From positions 2,796 to 54,734 of the forward strand of contig CAYLVM010000004.1 of the NCBI GenBank assembly GCA_964387145.1: a stretch of 51,939 bases of DNA, written 5' to 3'. Positions within the stretch are counted from its first letter, which is position 1, and each line of letters begins with the position of its first letter. The position numbers and the translations under genes are program-made. Below are positions 7,683-17,603 of this stretch, one piece after another. The DNA comes from an uncultured Acidimicrobiaceae bacterium (GTDB lineage: Bacteria; Actinomycetota; Acidimicrobiia; Spongiisociales; UBA5794). The notes beneath the pieces were generated by a model. The model saw only the letters and a program-made list of their open reading frames with translations. It was not told the origin of the DNA and did no database searches.

Positions 7683-9320
7683 TCAGCGGGCCCCGACCTG
7701 TTCGACCGAATCGAGTCGGGGTCGTGTGTCGACGTCGCCCTTGTCCGGCCACATCGAGGTCGCCCGTTCGGCCATTGCTGTGATGGTCAACGACGGGTTC
7801 ACGCCGAGGTTCGCTCCGATGGCTGCTCCATCGATCACATGGAGTCCCGGATGGCCGAAGACGCGGTGATAGCCATCGATGACGCCGTGCTCTGCATCCG
7901 GCCCGATCGGGGCGCCGCCGAGGATGTGTGCGGTCGTTGGTGTATCGAAGAGAACTTCGTTGATGGTGCTCCCGCCGAAGCCACCCATTGCGTCGGCTGC
8001 GATGCGCGCCGCCTCGTTCGCCTCAGGGATGTACGTGGGGTTCGGCTCACCGTGACCTTGCTCCGTCGTGAGCCTCGTGCCGAACCAGCCCTTCTTGCGG
8101 AACATCCGAAGGCTGTTATCCCGTGTCTGCATGACGAGCAAGATGATGCCGCGTTCGGACCAGTGCCACACGGACAGGGACCGCAGGAAGGCGATCGGAT
8201 GGGATGCGGCCTGTTTGAGGAACCGAACGTGTCTGGCAACACCGGGCCCTCCATCGACGAGGATCGTCGCGAGAAGGGCAAGGGCGTTGGAGCCTTTGCC
8301 GTAGCGCACGGGTTCGATGTGTGTCTCGGGGTTCGGGTGGATCGATGAGGTGATGGCGATGCCTTCGGAGTAGTCGACGGTCCTATCGGAGGCGACGGAC
8401 ACCACGAGTGCCTCGCTGTTCGTCCTCGTCTGGTATCCGAGCCGGTGTGAGATGTGGGGGAGCCTTCCGTGCTCGGCGAGTTCCAGAAGGAGCCGCGTCG
8501 TTCCGAGTGCTCCGGCGCTGAAGACGACGTCCTTCGCCACGAAGACCGTGCGTCGCCTCCGGAACCAGGAGCCGGAGCGTTCGGTGGTGACCTGCCATTC
8601 ATCACCGATCTGCTCGATGTCGACGACGGTGTGTTCAGGGAAGACCTTCGCTCCGTTGCGTTCTGCGAAGTAGAGGTAGTTCTTGTCGAGCGTGTTCTTC
8701 GCGTTGAACCGGCATCCGACCATGCAGTTCCCGCATACGACACAGCCGGACCGTGCAGGACCGTCGCCTCCGAAGAAGGGGTCGGGCACCTCGACACCCG
8801 GCTCACCGAAGAACACGCCGACGGGTGTGGGATGGAACGTTTCAGAGACCCCCAAATGCTCGGCGACCGTCCGCATGACCTCGTCGGCGGGCGTGTCGAG
8901 CGGGTTCTCGACGACACCGAGCATGCGTTTCGCCGTGGCGAAGTGCGGAGCGAGATCTCGCCGCCAGTCGGCGACATCTGCCCACTGTGGGTCGGTGTAG
9001 AACGGTTCTAGCGGCTCATAGAGCGTGTTCGCGTATACGAGGGATCCACCACCAACCCCTGCACCTGAGAGCACGAGTACGTCGCGAAGGAGGGAGAGCC
9101 GCTGGATCCCCTTCATTCCGAGGCGGGGAAACCACAGCGACTTCCTCACATCCCAGTTGGTGCGTGGGAAGTCCTGTGAGGCCCATCGCTTGCCTGCTTC
9201 GACCACACACACGGAGTAACCCTTCTCGGTCAGCCTGTGCGCTGTGACGCTCCCGCCGAACCCTGAGCCGATGACGAGAACATCGAAGGAGCCGCCGCGG
9301 TGATTGGTCGTCGACGCCAT
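7683..9320 (-). CDS. choD: GMC oxidoreductase, cholesterol oxidase ChoD-like
   Basis: IGSGFGG, GVGGGSLVYAN, CxxCGxCMVGC, TAHILGG and LGVNPSLTI motifs. Confidence 0.85.
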   Translation of the reverse strand: MASTTNHRGGSFDVLVIGSGFGGSVTAHRLTEKGYSVCVVEAGKRWASQDFPRTNWDVRKSLWFPRLGMKGIQRLSLLRDVLVLSGAGVGGGSLVYANTLYEPLEPFYTDPQWADVADWRRDLAPHFATAKRMLGVVENPLDTPADEVMRTVAEHLGVSETFHPTPVGVFFGEPGVEVPDPFFGGDGPARSGCVVCGNCMVGCRFNAKNTLDKNYLYFAERNGAKVFPEHTVVDIEQIGDEWQVTTERSGSWFRRRRTVFVAKDVVFSAGALGTTRLLLELAEHGRLPHISHRLGYQTRTNSEALVVSVASDRTVDYSEGIAITSSIHPNPETHIEPVRYGKGSNALALLATILVDGGPGVARHVRFLKQAASHPIAFLRSLSVWHWSERGIILLVMQTRDNSLRMFRKKGWFGTRLTTEQGHGEPNPTYIPEANEAARIAADAMGGFGGSTINEVLFDTPTTAHILGGAPIGPDAEHGVIDGYHRVFGHPGLHVIDGAAIGANLGVNPSLTITAMAERATSMWPDKGDVDTRPRLDSVEQVGAR

Positions 9321-9323
9321 GGC

Positions 9324-10037
9324 TCAGATCAAGGCCGATCCCCACACAGGAAGGAAGGCTCCGTTGATCACCTTGGAACGCTCGGACGCCAGGAAGTCGA
9401 TGACCTGGGCGATCTCTTCTGGTTGTGGCCAGTTGACGTAGTCTGCGTAGGGGAGGGCTGCCCGTGTGGCGTCCGTGTTGATGACCGAGGGAAGCAGCGC
9501 GTTGCAGGTCGTGTTCGTATCGAGGAGCTCGATGGCGATCGACTTTGCAAGGGCGAGCACACCGGCCTTCGCGACGTTGTAGGCCGCCTGGCCTGCTGGA
9601 GAGTCGAGCGCGTGCTTCGAGCCCATCAGCACGATCCGGCCCCAGTCCTTTGCCATGTACGGGATCGCCGCTCGCGATGTGTTCCACGCGGTGCGGAGAT
9701 TGAGGTCGAACATCCTCTCGAGTCGTACGTCGGATGTCTCTGCCACATCCCTTCCGCCGGCCCATCCGCCGACCAAGGACGCCATGACGTTGATCTCTCC
9801 GAACGCATCGGCAGCCTCATCGAAGAAGGTGTTGACTGCTTCGGCGTCGGTGACGTCCACGCGGCGCAGGATGAGCCTGTCCTCGTCGAGTTCGAGGATC
9901 TCCTCGAGGCGTGTCGCCTCGTCTGGGAGAAGGTAGGTAGCCGCGACCTTGAATCCGCGGTCGATGAGGAGCGGGATCAGGCGGTAGCCGACCGAACCCG
10001 TCCCTCCTGGGATGACTGCAACGTTCGATTCACTCAT
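9324..10037 (-). CDS. Short-chain dehydrogenase/reductase
   Basis: PGGTGSVG and YNVAK motifs; leaderless (TAGTGT-6nt-ATG). Confidence 0.88.
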   Translation of the reverse strand: MSESNVAVIPGGTGSVGYRLIPLLIDRGFKVAATYLLPDEATRLEEILELDEDRLILRRVDVTDAEAVNTFFDEAADAFGEINVMASLVGGWAGGRDVAETSDVRLERMFDLNLRTAWNTSRAAIPYMAKDWGRIVLMGSKHALDSPAGQAAYNVAKAGVLALAKSIAIELLDTNTTCNALLPSVINTDATRAALPYADYVNWPQPEEIAQVIDFLASERSKVINGAFLPVWGSALI

Positions 10038-10119
10038 GCCGCCACACTAGCGGCACTTCCGCGTGGGCCTGTAGCCGTGGTAGCCTCGCTCCGACGTCCA
10101 AGACCGCGCGGAGGAACCT

Positions 10120-11370
10120 GTGGCATCTATCACGCTTGAAGATATTGGGAAGATCTATCCCGATGGCACCCGTGCTGTGGGTCAGGTGAATCTGACGATC
10201 AGAGATGGTGAGTTCCTTGTGCTTGTTGGGCCGTCGGGGTGCGGCAAGTCGACGGTGCTGCGCATGATTGCGGGTCTCGAGGAGATCACCGAGGGGAAGC
10301 TCAGTATCGGTGAGCGGCTCGTCAACGATGTTCCTCCCAAGGACCGCGACATTGCAATGGTGTTCCAGAACTACGCGTTGTATCCGCACATGTCGGTTCG
10401 GGACAACATGGCGTTCGGTCTCAAGCTGCGCAAGACACCCAAGGACGAGATCGACAAGCGGGTTGGTGATGCTGCTGAGATTCTCGAGATCACTGAGTTG
10501 TTGGATAGGAAGCCCAAGGCACTTTCGGGTGGGCAGCGTCAGCGTGTAGCGATGGGCCGTGCGATCGTGCGTGAGCCGATGGCGTTCCTGATGGATGAGC
10601 CCCTTTCGAACCTCGATGCCAAGCTCAGGGTCCAGATGCGTGCAGAGCTGAGCCACCTTCATCAACGGCTTCAGACGACGACGGTGTATGTGACCCACGA
10701 CCAGGTCGAGGCGATGACGTTGGGGCACCGTGTTGCAGTGATGCGTCCCGTGTCGAGCAAGCGGCCGTACAACCTTCAGCAGGTTGCGGCACCGACGGAC
10801 CTGTTCAACCATCCGGTGAACCTCTTCGTTGCCGGGTTCATTGGGAGCCCGTCGATGAACATGGTGTACGGGACCGTCACGAAGGACGCAGACAGGTACA
10901 AGGCGACGTTTGCAGGGCATACGGTTACGATCGATCCGGTGGCGATCGATCGGCATCCAGGAATCGATGAGTATCTCGGCAAGGAGATCGTTGTTGGGAT
11001 CAGGCCGGGGACGTTCGAGGATGCCCGTATCGTGGACGAGGCCCCGGATCGTACGATCCGTGTCAAGACGGACGTCAACGAGCTTCTCGGTTCAGAGTCC
11101 TATGTTCACTTCGAGCTCGAAACTCCACCCGTCGTGACGCCCGACATCGAGGAACTGCTTGCCGATGCAGGGACAGACTCGTCGTCGCTCGGCGACACGA
11201 CGAGGTTCACGGCGCGGGTCAGCCCCGACGTCGACGTATCGGACTTCTCCGTGCTCGATCTCGTCCTCAACACGGCCAAGCTGCACTTCTTCGACATCGA
11301 CAGCGGGGACAAGATCGGCATGGTGACCGATCCGTCACGTCACCTCAACGGCGATACCGACACCGCGTAG
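10120..11370 (+). CDS. Sugar ABC transporter ATP-binding protein (MsiK/MalK/UgpC family)
   Basis: GPSGCGKS, VFQNYALYPHM, LSGGQRQR and DEPLSNLDAKLR motifs; C-terminal TOBE region; SD GGAGG. Confidence 0.95.
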   Translation: MASITLEDIGKIYPDGTRAVGQVNLTIRDGEFLVLVGPSGCGKSTVLRMIAGLEEITEGKLSIGERLVNDVPPKDRDIAMVFQNYALYPHMSVRDNMAFGLKLRKTPKDEIDKRVGDAAEILEITELLDRKPKALSGGQRQRVAMGRAIVREPMAFLMDEPLSNLDAKLRVQMRAELSHLHQRLQTTTVYVTHDQVEAMTLGHRVAVMRPVSSKRPYNLQQVAAPTDLFNHPVNLFVAGFIGSPSMNMVYGTVTKDADRYKATFAGHTVTIDPVAIDRHPGIDEYLGKEIVVGIRPGTFEDARIVDEAPDRTIRVKTDVNELLGSESYVHFELETPPVVTPDIEELLADAGTDSSSLGDTTRFTARVSPDVDVSDFSVLDLVLNTAKLHFFDIDSGDKIGMVTDPSRHLNGDTDTA

Positions 11371-12444
11371 CTCGGGAAGCAGCTCACTGGCGAGGACGGC
11401 CTCGTTCATCGTGTGCACGCCCGGACGGTTCACCCGGCCGCTGGCGATGAGGTCGGCGAGTGCCGTTGCCGGGAACGCCGTGGTCCGTGCCAGAGCCGAG
11501 AAGGCCCCGTGGGCTCTGTCTTCGATCTGGTACGTCGCGGTGACGCCGTTGTGCTCCCGCCACACGCGGACCAATACGAGATCCGGCTCTCCTCGCGGAA
11601 GGCTGCGGTTCAGCGCGTGGACGAGGAGAGCACGGGGTGCCATCCGAGTACCTTCGACAAGGTGTGGAGTCTCGTCGAAAAGCCCTAACTCGAGCATCGC
11701 CCTGAATGCGTTCCCGTGCCCCGGATATCGAAGCGTCTTGTACTCGAGAGACACCACGTCACCCTCGTGAATCCTGCACATCGTGGACGTTCCACCTGCG
11801 GTAGAGAACGCCTCAAGTGGTCCCCAGTTCGGCCACGCAACATGTTCGAATCTGGTGAGCGGTTCGACGGTCATATAGGAGCCACCGTCGATGATCTCAC
11901 ACGGTTCGGCGTACTCGTTGATGAGACCCGCAGGGCTGAAAGCGAGTTGATAGCCGAGCGCACCGACAGGGTCCTGGGGGAGAGCGCCGACACGCATCTG
12001 GATACTATCGATCGGACCCGGACCCGCAGAGGAGATCAGATCCTCTGCGAGCACGTTGGCAAGGCCCGGTGCGAGTCCACAGTCCGGGACCAGCATCACG
12101 CCGGCTTCGAGAGCATCTTCATGCAGGCGCTTCTGTGCGGCAACGACGGTTGGATTCCCCCCGAAGTCGAGGTAGTGGGTTCCGGTGGCCACCGCTGCCG
12201 ACGCGACACCGAAGCCGTACCTGTAGGGAACGGCGCTGATCACGAGGTCGACACCTTCAAGGATCGCCGTGACCTCCTTGGCGTCGGCTACGTCGAGTGC
12301 CACGGGCACAGCGCCGAAGGCAAGAGCAGATCGTTCCGCCGCCGCGAGGTCGGTGTCCGCGATGATGACGTCGAAACCCCGGCGGCGAAGATCCCACGCC
12401 GCGGCCGATCCAACGATTCCCGCACCGAGTACGAGTAGGGCCAT
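11335..12444 (-). CDS. Saccharopine dehydrogenase family oxidoreductase
   Basis: LGAGIVG, PDCGLAPG, GLINEY and EYKTLRYPGH motifs. Confidence 0.9.
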   Translation of the reverse strand: MALLVLGAGIVGSAAAWDLRRRGFDVIIADTDLAAAERSALAFGAVPVALDVADAKEVTAILEGVDLVISAVPYRYGFGVASAAVATGTHYLDFGGNPTVVAAQKRLHEDALEAGVMLVPDCGLAPGLANVLAEDLISSAGPGPIDSIQMRVGALPQDPVGALGYQLAFSPAGLINEYAEPCEIIDGGSYMTVEPLTRFEHVAWPNWGPLEAFSTAGGTSTMCRIHEGDVVSLEYKTLRYPGHGNAFRAMLELGLFDETPHLVEGTRMAPRALLVHALNRSLPRGEPDLVLVRVWREHNGVTATYQIEDRAHGAFSALARTTAFPATALADLIASGRVNRPGVHTMNEAVLASELLPELRGVGIAVEVT

Positions 12445-12453
12445 AGTGCCTCC

Positions 12454-13206
12454 TCAGGGAGTTAGTCTCTTGAAAACTTCGGCCGGTCCCGTGCCGAGGT
12501 TCCGTCCGTTCCTTGTATGCCACGCATCGATCTTCGCAACGAACTCGGCACGACGACCTTTGGTCTCATCAGGATCACCCATCGTCGTGGATCCTTGCGA
12601 AGAGTGGCAGAAGAGAGCCTCGATCTTGCGTTCGAACCACACAGGTGTGACCGGTTCCGCGTGATCGGGCTCGTCGGCAGACCACAAGAGCAGCGCCGCC
12701 GGACGATGCGCCGAGAGGCCGGAGTCCATGAGTGCGAGCGGCTCGCGGGCTGAGACGACACCATCGACGGCGGCCATTCCAGCGGCACGGTGGTCCGGGT
12801 GGAGTTGATATCGCTGCCACGGATCGTGTGAGAGCACGATGTCGGGCCGGTGCGTCCGGATCGCCGCAGCGATCGTCAGGCGGAGATCCATCGAGTACTC
12901 GAGCTCGCCGTCGACAAGACCGAGGTGTTCACAGAGATGGGCACCGATGACATCGGCAGCGGCGCGCTGTTCGCGGATACGCTGAGCGGCGAGATCCCCC
13001 TGATCCTGGTGAGGATCCCACGAGCCCTTCGAACCGTCGGTGAGGACGAGGATGGTGATCCTGGCACCGGCGTCTGCCCATCGAGCAAGCGTCGCCCCGG
13101 CACCGAACTCGGCGTCGTCGGGGTGTGCTCCGATGGTGAGGACGCGGTCGGGGATTTCGAGTGGAGGGTCGTCGATGTGAAGGTCGGAGAAGAGGTTCGA
13201 GGTCAT
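12454..13206 (-). CDS. PIG-L/LmbE family deacetylase
   Basis: AHPDDAEFG and HPDH Zn motifs; leaderless (TACTCT-7nt-ATG). Confidence 0.9.
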   Translation of the reverse strand: MTSNLFSDLHIDDPPLEIPDRVLTIGAHPDDAEFGAGATLARWADAGARITILVLTDGSKGSWDPHQDQGDLAAQRIREQRAAADVIGAHLCEHLGLVDGELEYSMDLRLTIAAAIRTHRPDIVLSHDPWQRYQLHPDHRAAGMAAVDGVVSAREPLALMDSGLSAHRPAALLLWSADEPDHAEPVTPVWFERKIEALFCHSSQGSTTMGDPDETKGRRAEFVAKIDAWHTRNGRNLGTGPAEVFKRLTP

Positions 13207-13286
13207 GGTGTGGAGAGTAGGGGTGACCCAGGGAGAAGGCGGAAAGCGGAACCAGCCCCCGGAGATCTCCGTCGGATCTTGGCTGT

Positions 13287-13853
13287 CTACTTCGTGATCT
13301 CAGCGATGAGCTCGGGGAAGGCACTGAGGTGTACCGGCGTATCGATATCGATGCTCAGCTCTGGTGAAGGAACGACCACAGCGTTTCGAACTGCCGATAG
13401 ATGTCGGTGGAAGGATCCGGGTCCGTAGGAGAACGGGAACCGGCCGAACCCGCCGATGGCACTCGAGCCACCGTCGCTGCTCGGGGCCAGTACGGTCGAC
13501 CGTTCGGCAATGGCGGCAACGTCGGCGATCGCCTCCGGTGTGACGAGAGGGAGATCCGCGTGGATGACGAGCCACGGGTGGCCCTCGGTGCTCGCGACTC
13601 CCGAAGCAGCTGCATCCGACAACCCGGTGCCGGGGTCGTCGACAACGGCGAGCCCTTTGTCGAAGGCCCACGACCAGACGTCGCTGGAGTTGGTGACGAC
13701 CATCGTTGTGAGGCCCGCAGAAGTGGTCGCAGAGACGACTCTGTCGGCGAGGAGGCGTGCGAGTCGCCGTCGCTGAGGTCCCGTGAGTACCGAGTCCAGC
13801 CGGGTCATGCCGTCGAAGCTCCGAATCGGGATGATGGCGACCATGCTTGGCAC
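13287..13853 (-). CDS. cofC: 2-phospho-L-lactate/PEP guanylyltransferase (F420 biosynthesis)
   Basis: TRL, HADLP, DGG, YGPGSFHRH and DIDTP motifs. Confidence 0.85.
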   Translation of the reverse strand: MPSMVAIIPIRSFDGMTRLDSVLTGPQRRRLARLLADRVVSATTSAGLTTMVVTNSSDVWSWAFDKGLAVVDDPGTGLSDAAASGVASTEGHPWLVIHADLPLVTPEAIADVAAIAERSTVLAPSSDGGSSAIGGFGRFPFSYGPGSFHRHLSAVRNAVVVPSPELSIDIDTPVHLSAFPELIAEITK

Positions 13854-13855
13854 GG

Positions 13856-14308
13856 CTAGCCGTCCTTGTCCGGGAACTCAGCGAGTTGGATCAGTACGCC
13901 GCTTGCGGACTTTGGGTGGACGAAGGCTTCCTTCCAATCCGCATTCGAGTCGTCGAATCCTGTCACCGTGAACCCGAGTTCCGATGCGCGACGTACAGCA
14001 TTCGTGATGTCGAAGACCTTGAACGTGAGATGGTGAAGGCCCTCGCCCCTTTCGCGTATGAATCGGTTGATGAAGTGGTCAGGGTCGTTGCCTACCGGAG
14101 CGATGAGCTCGAGCGTCCCCCAGCCGGGGAGAGCGTACTGCACCCACTCGAAGTCGCCGTGGGGACTCAGGCCACCGTCGAAGTAGCCGGCTCCGAGGAG
14201 CGTGAGGAGAGGGGCGGCTGAATCGAGGTCGGCTACGGCCATCGAGACATGGTCGAATCGCTCGACGACGGACTCGAGACCCTGCGGTGTGGGTGTTGGG
14301 CCGGTCAC
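13856..14308 (-). CDS. VOC family protein (methylmalonyl-CoA epimerase-like)
   Basis: DHVSMAV, LELIAP, GEGLHHLTF and FVHPKSASGVLIQL motifs; GTG start overlaps the permease TGA. Confidence 0.85.
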   Translation of the reverse strand: MTGPTPTPQGLESVVERFDHVSMAVADLDSAAPLLTLLGAGYFDGGLSPHGDFEWVQYALPGWGTLELIAPVGNDPDHFINRFIRERGEGLHHLTFKVFDITNAVRRASELGFTVTGFDDSNADWKEAFVHPKSASGVLIQLAEFPDKDG

Positions 14309-15114
14309 GGTGTCGCGATCCTCCGCTCGTACCATTGGAGGAGGAGGCTCAGTGACACCGTCAGTACGAGATAGACCGCCGCGAGGATCATGAACCCCGC
14401 AAAGAACTGGAAACTCCGTCCGGTCCACAGTTTCGTCATCTGGGTGAGCTCGCGCACAGCAAGGATCGACACGAGGGAGGAGTCCTTCAGGAGAGCGATG
14501 AGGTCGTTGCCGAGCGCAGGCATGACGTTCTTGATGGCCTGGGGCCACACGATCAAGCGGAAGACCTGACCCTTCTTGAGTCCCATGGCCATCCCGGCTT
14601 CTACCTGGCCCTGGTGGATCGATTCGATCCCGGCCCGGAACACCTCCGCGATGAACGCCGCGTAGATGAGCCCTACGGCAACCGTCGTCTTGAACGTGTT
14701 CGACGCGATGAAGGATTGGGGGGACACACCGATCAGACGGATGAACCAGGGAACGATCACGAGGCCGAACATGAAGATCGTTACGAGGACGGGGATGCCT
14801 CTGATCAACTCGATGTAGAACGTTGCGAGGTTCCTTGCAACAGGGTTCTTCGACATACGCCCGAGCGCGACGACGAGTCCGATGATCATCGCTATGACGA
14901 ATCCGCCGAGGGTGACCGCAACGGTGAGTGTCAAGCCATCCTTGATGAACTGGAAGCCTTCGTTCCACGTGTCATCGGTGAGGATCTTGAACAGGGGGAA
15001 CGCGATGACCGCGATGATGCCGAGGAACCACCAGGGAAAACCTGACCACTCATACCGGACCTCCGCTCCCGGAGGTGTTGGATCGGTTCCTATCACGGGC
15101 TCGATTGTCGTCAT
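14305..15114 (-). CDS. Polar amino acid ABC transporter permease
   Basis: YIELIRGIP, AEVFRAGIESI..GQ.EA and LLKDSSL motifs. Confidence 0.93.
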   Translation of the reverse strand: MTTIEPVIGTDPTPPGAEVRYEWSGFPWWFLGIIAVIAFPLFKILTDDTWNEGFQFIKDGLTLTVAVTLGGFVIAMIIGLVVALGRMSKNPVARNLATFYIELIRGIPVLVTIFMFGLVIVPWFIRLIGVSPQSFIASNTFKTTVAVGLIYAAFIAEVFRAGIESIHQGQVEAGMAMGLKKGQVFRLIVWPQAIKNVMPALGNDLIALLKDSSLVSILAVRELTQMTKLWTGRSFQFFAGFMILAAVYLVLTVSLSLLLQWYERRIATP

Positions 15115-15159
15115 GGCGTCCTCGCTGTCGATGGTGGCAACTTAGTTGGTTTCAACGAG

Positions 15160-15191
15160 GGAAGGGGCCGGGCTGCTGCCCGGCCCCTTCC
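15160..15191 (-). terminator. Intercistronic hairpin after the substrate-binding protein gene
   Basis: Perfect 14-bp stem GGAAGGGGCCGGGC/GCCCGGCCCCTTCC with a 4-nt loop. Confidence 0.75.
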
Positions 15192-15222
15192 TGATGGTCG
15201 TACGATCGATCGAGGTCGACGT

Positions 15223-15981
15223 CTAGGCCTGGAAGTCGATGAACCACGTCTGGATCAGCTTGTCCATCGTGCCGTCTGCCTTCATGTCGGCGATCGCCTT
15301 GTTCACCTTTGCGGTGAGCTCGGAGCCCTTCGGGAAGATGAACCCGAGCGGGTCGGAGCGGAGATCGTCTGCGAGGAGGCGAGTCTCATTGGAGTTCGCT
15401 CCCTGATAGCCCTGACCTGCAACGTCATCGATGATGACGGCGTCGACATCGCCGGCGATCAACGCCTGGACGGCGACACCGAACTGGTCGAAGGCATCGA
15501 TCCGTCCCTCGTCGACGAGCTCGGCACCGAGTTCGTAGTTGGTCGTACCGACCTGTGTACCGAGGCGGTAGTCACCGGCCTGGAACTCAGCGAGATTCCC
15601 GAAACGGGACTCGTCGGTGCGCACCATGAGCTTTTGGATCGTGACCATGTACGGATCGGAGTAGTCAACGACTTCCTTACGGTCCTCGGTGATCGAGATC
15701 CCATCGGCTGCAACGTCGTACACGCCCTGGCCTGTCTCTTCGATCACGGCTGGCCAACCAGCCTCGACGAACACGGGGGTGCACCCGATGCGGTTGCAGA
15801 TCTCATCGAAGATGGCGTAGTCGAAGCCTGCACCCTCACCGTTCGCGTCGATAAAGTTGAACGGGGTGTACGCGTTCTCGACGCCGATCTTGATCTCACC
15901 GACATCGTCGCTGCTGGAGCAGGCCGTGGCGACCAGTGCCAGCGCGAGTACGACGACGAAGATGCGAATTGTGTTCTTCAT
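15223..15981 (-). CDS. Amino acid ABC transporter substrate-binding lipoprotein (family 3)
   Basis: Lipobox ATAC; ENAYTPF, GISITEDR..VDYSDPY and GTQVGTT motifs; SD GGAGG. Confidence 0.92.
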   Translation of the reverse strand: MKNTIRIFVVVLALALVATACSSSDDVGEIKIGVENAYTPFNFIDANGEGAGFDYAIFDEICNRIGCTPVFVEAGWPAVIEETGQGVYDVAADGISITEDRKEVVDYSDPYMVTIQKLMVRTDESRFGNLAEFQAGDYRLGTQVGTTNYELGAELVDEGRIDAFDQFGVAVQALIAGDVDAVIIDDVAGQGYQGANSNETRLLADDLRSDPLGFIFPKGSELTAKVNKAIADMKADGTMDKLIQTWFIDFQA

Positions 15982-16105
15982 TGCTTGTCCTCCATGTTTG
16001 AGCGCATTCGCGCAACCCATACGCTACTCGTTCTCGGAGTTCTCGGGGCCAAGGGAGCGATGCAACCGATCGAGCGTGGTCCCAACCGACGCCTATCGTG
16101 TGTCG

Positions 16106-17539
16106 ATGCATCGAAAGACCAAGATCATTGCAACCCTCGGGCCGGCAACGAGCACGCCGGAGGCGATCGAGAAACTGATCACCAGAGGGATGAACGTTGC
16201 CAGGTTGAACTTCTCCCACGGTGAGCACGAACAGCACGAAGCCCGCTACGTCCTCATCCGACGAATTGCCTCGGACATGGGCGTTCCTGTGGCCGTGATG
16301 CAGGACATCCAGGGCCCCAAGATCCGTGTCGGCACGTTCCCCGACGGCTCGGCCATGCTCGAGACCGGTTCGGTCGTCACGCTCCACCCCGGCAGCGGTG
16401 ATGGAGATGGTGAGAACGTCTACATTGCCTACCTCGAGGACGTTGACATGAACGTTGGGGGGAAGATCGTTCTCTCCGACGGGCTCATCGAACTCGAGGC
16501 GACGGATGTCGCACCCGATCACATCACGGTACGTGTCCTCAGCGGTGGCGAGCTCAAGGACCACAAGGGGGCGTCGTTTCCAGGAGCGCGAACCCAGATC
16601 CCCATAGTGACCGCCAAAGATGAGAAGGACCTGACCTTCGGTGCCGAACTCGGCGTCGATCTCGTCGCTGCATCGTTCGTCAACTCCGGCCGTGATGTAC
16701 GGACGGTTCGCGAGGTGGTCGGAACGACTCCCATCATCGCCAAGATCGAGACCGCGGTCGGCTATGCGCACATCGATGGGATACTCGCGGAGGCGGAAGG
16801 TGCGATGGTCGCTCGCGGTGACCTCGGGGTGGAGCTTGCGCTCGAGTCGATTCCCCGAGCCCAAAGCGAGATCGTTCACACGACGAACGCTGCTGGACGT
16901 ATCTCGATCATCGCGACCGAGATGCTCGAGTCGATGATCACGAGTCCCCGGCCGACACGGGCAGAGGTGACCGATGTGTACCGGTCCGTCCTCGACGGCA
17001 CCGATGCGGTGATGCTCTCTGCAGAGACCGCCGTTGGGGCCTATCCAACCCGCGCCGTATCACTGATGTCGAAGATCTGCTTCGAGGCCGAACAGTCCAA
17101 GGAGTACGGTCGGGCAGCCGACATCTCGAACCTCTCACACGGCGCACCGTTCGCCTCGGCTACCGCCGAGGCGTCCGTCGATACAGCAGATCGCCTCGGC
17201 ATCGCGACCATCGTTGCGTTCACCGAGTCGGGGACGACGGCGGGGCTTCTCTCGAAGTACCGACCCCACGCCCACATCTTTGCGTTCACGCCGAGTGTCG
17301 CCACCTATCGTCGGATGGCGATCTACGGGGGTGTCACGCCGATGCTGGTCGACCGGGTCCGATCCACGGACGAGATGATCGCCGCGGCCGAGAGTGAACT
17401 CCTTCGCCTCGGGCTCGTGCGGGAGGGCGAGGGACTCGTCATGGTGGCGGGGATCCCACCTAATCAGCGGGCGTCGACCAACATCATGAAGCTCCATGTC
17501 GTAGGCTCCGGTGACACGTTGGCGCCCGACGCTCGCTGA
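16106..17539 (+). CDS. pyk: Pyruvate kinase
   Basis: TKIIATLGP, ARLNFSHG, IIAKIE, MVARGDLGVE and PTRAEVTDV motifs; leaderless (TATCGT-6nt-ATG). Confidence 0.97.
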   Translation: MHRKTKIIATLGPATSTPEAIEKLITRGMNVARLNFSHGEHEQHEARYVLIRRIASDMGVPVAVMQDIQGPKIRVGTFPDGSAMLETGSVVTLHPGSGDGDGENVYIAYLEDVDMNVGGKIVLSDGLIELEATDVAPDHITVRVLSGGELKDHKGASFPGARTQIPIVTAKDEKDLTFGAELGVDLVAASFVNSGRDVRTVREVVGTTPIIAKIETAVGYAHIDGILAEAEGAMVARGDLGVELALESIPRAQSEIVHTTNAAGRISIIATEMLESMITSPRPTRAEVTDVYRSVLDGTDAVMLSAETAVGAYPTRAVSLMSKICFEAEQSKEYGRAADISNLSHGAPFASATAEASVDTADRLGIATIVAFTESGTTAGLLSKYRPHAHIFAFTPSVATYRRMAIYGGVTPMLVDRVRSTDEMIAAAESELLRLGLVREGEGLVMVAGIPPNQRASTNIMKLHVVGSGDTLAPDAR

Positions 17540-17603
17540 GGGCCGTTCGAGGGCCGCCAGGCGCGCCTACCATCGACGCATCACACAGCCTGAGGAGGCT
17601 CTC

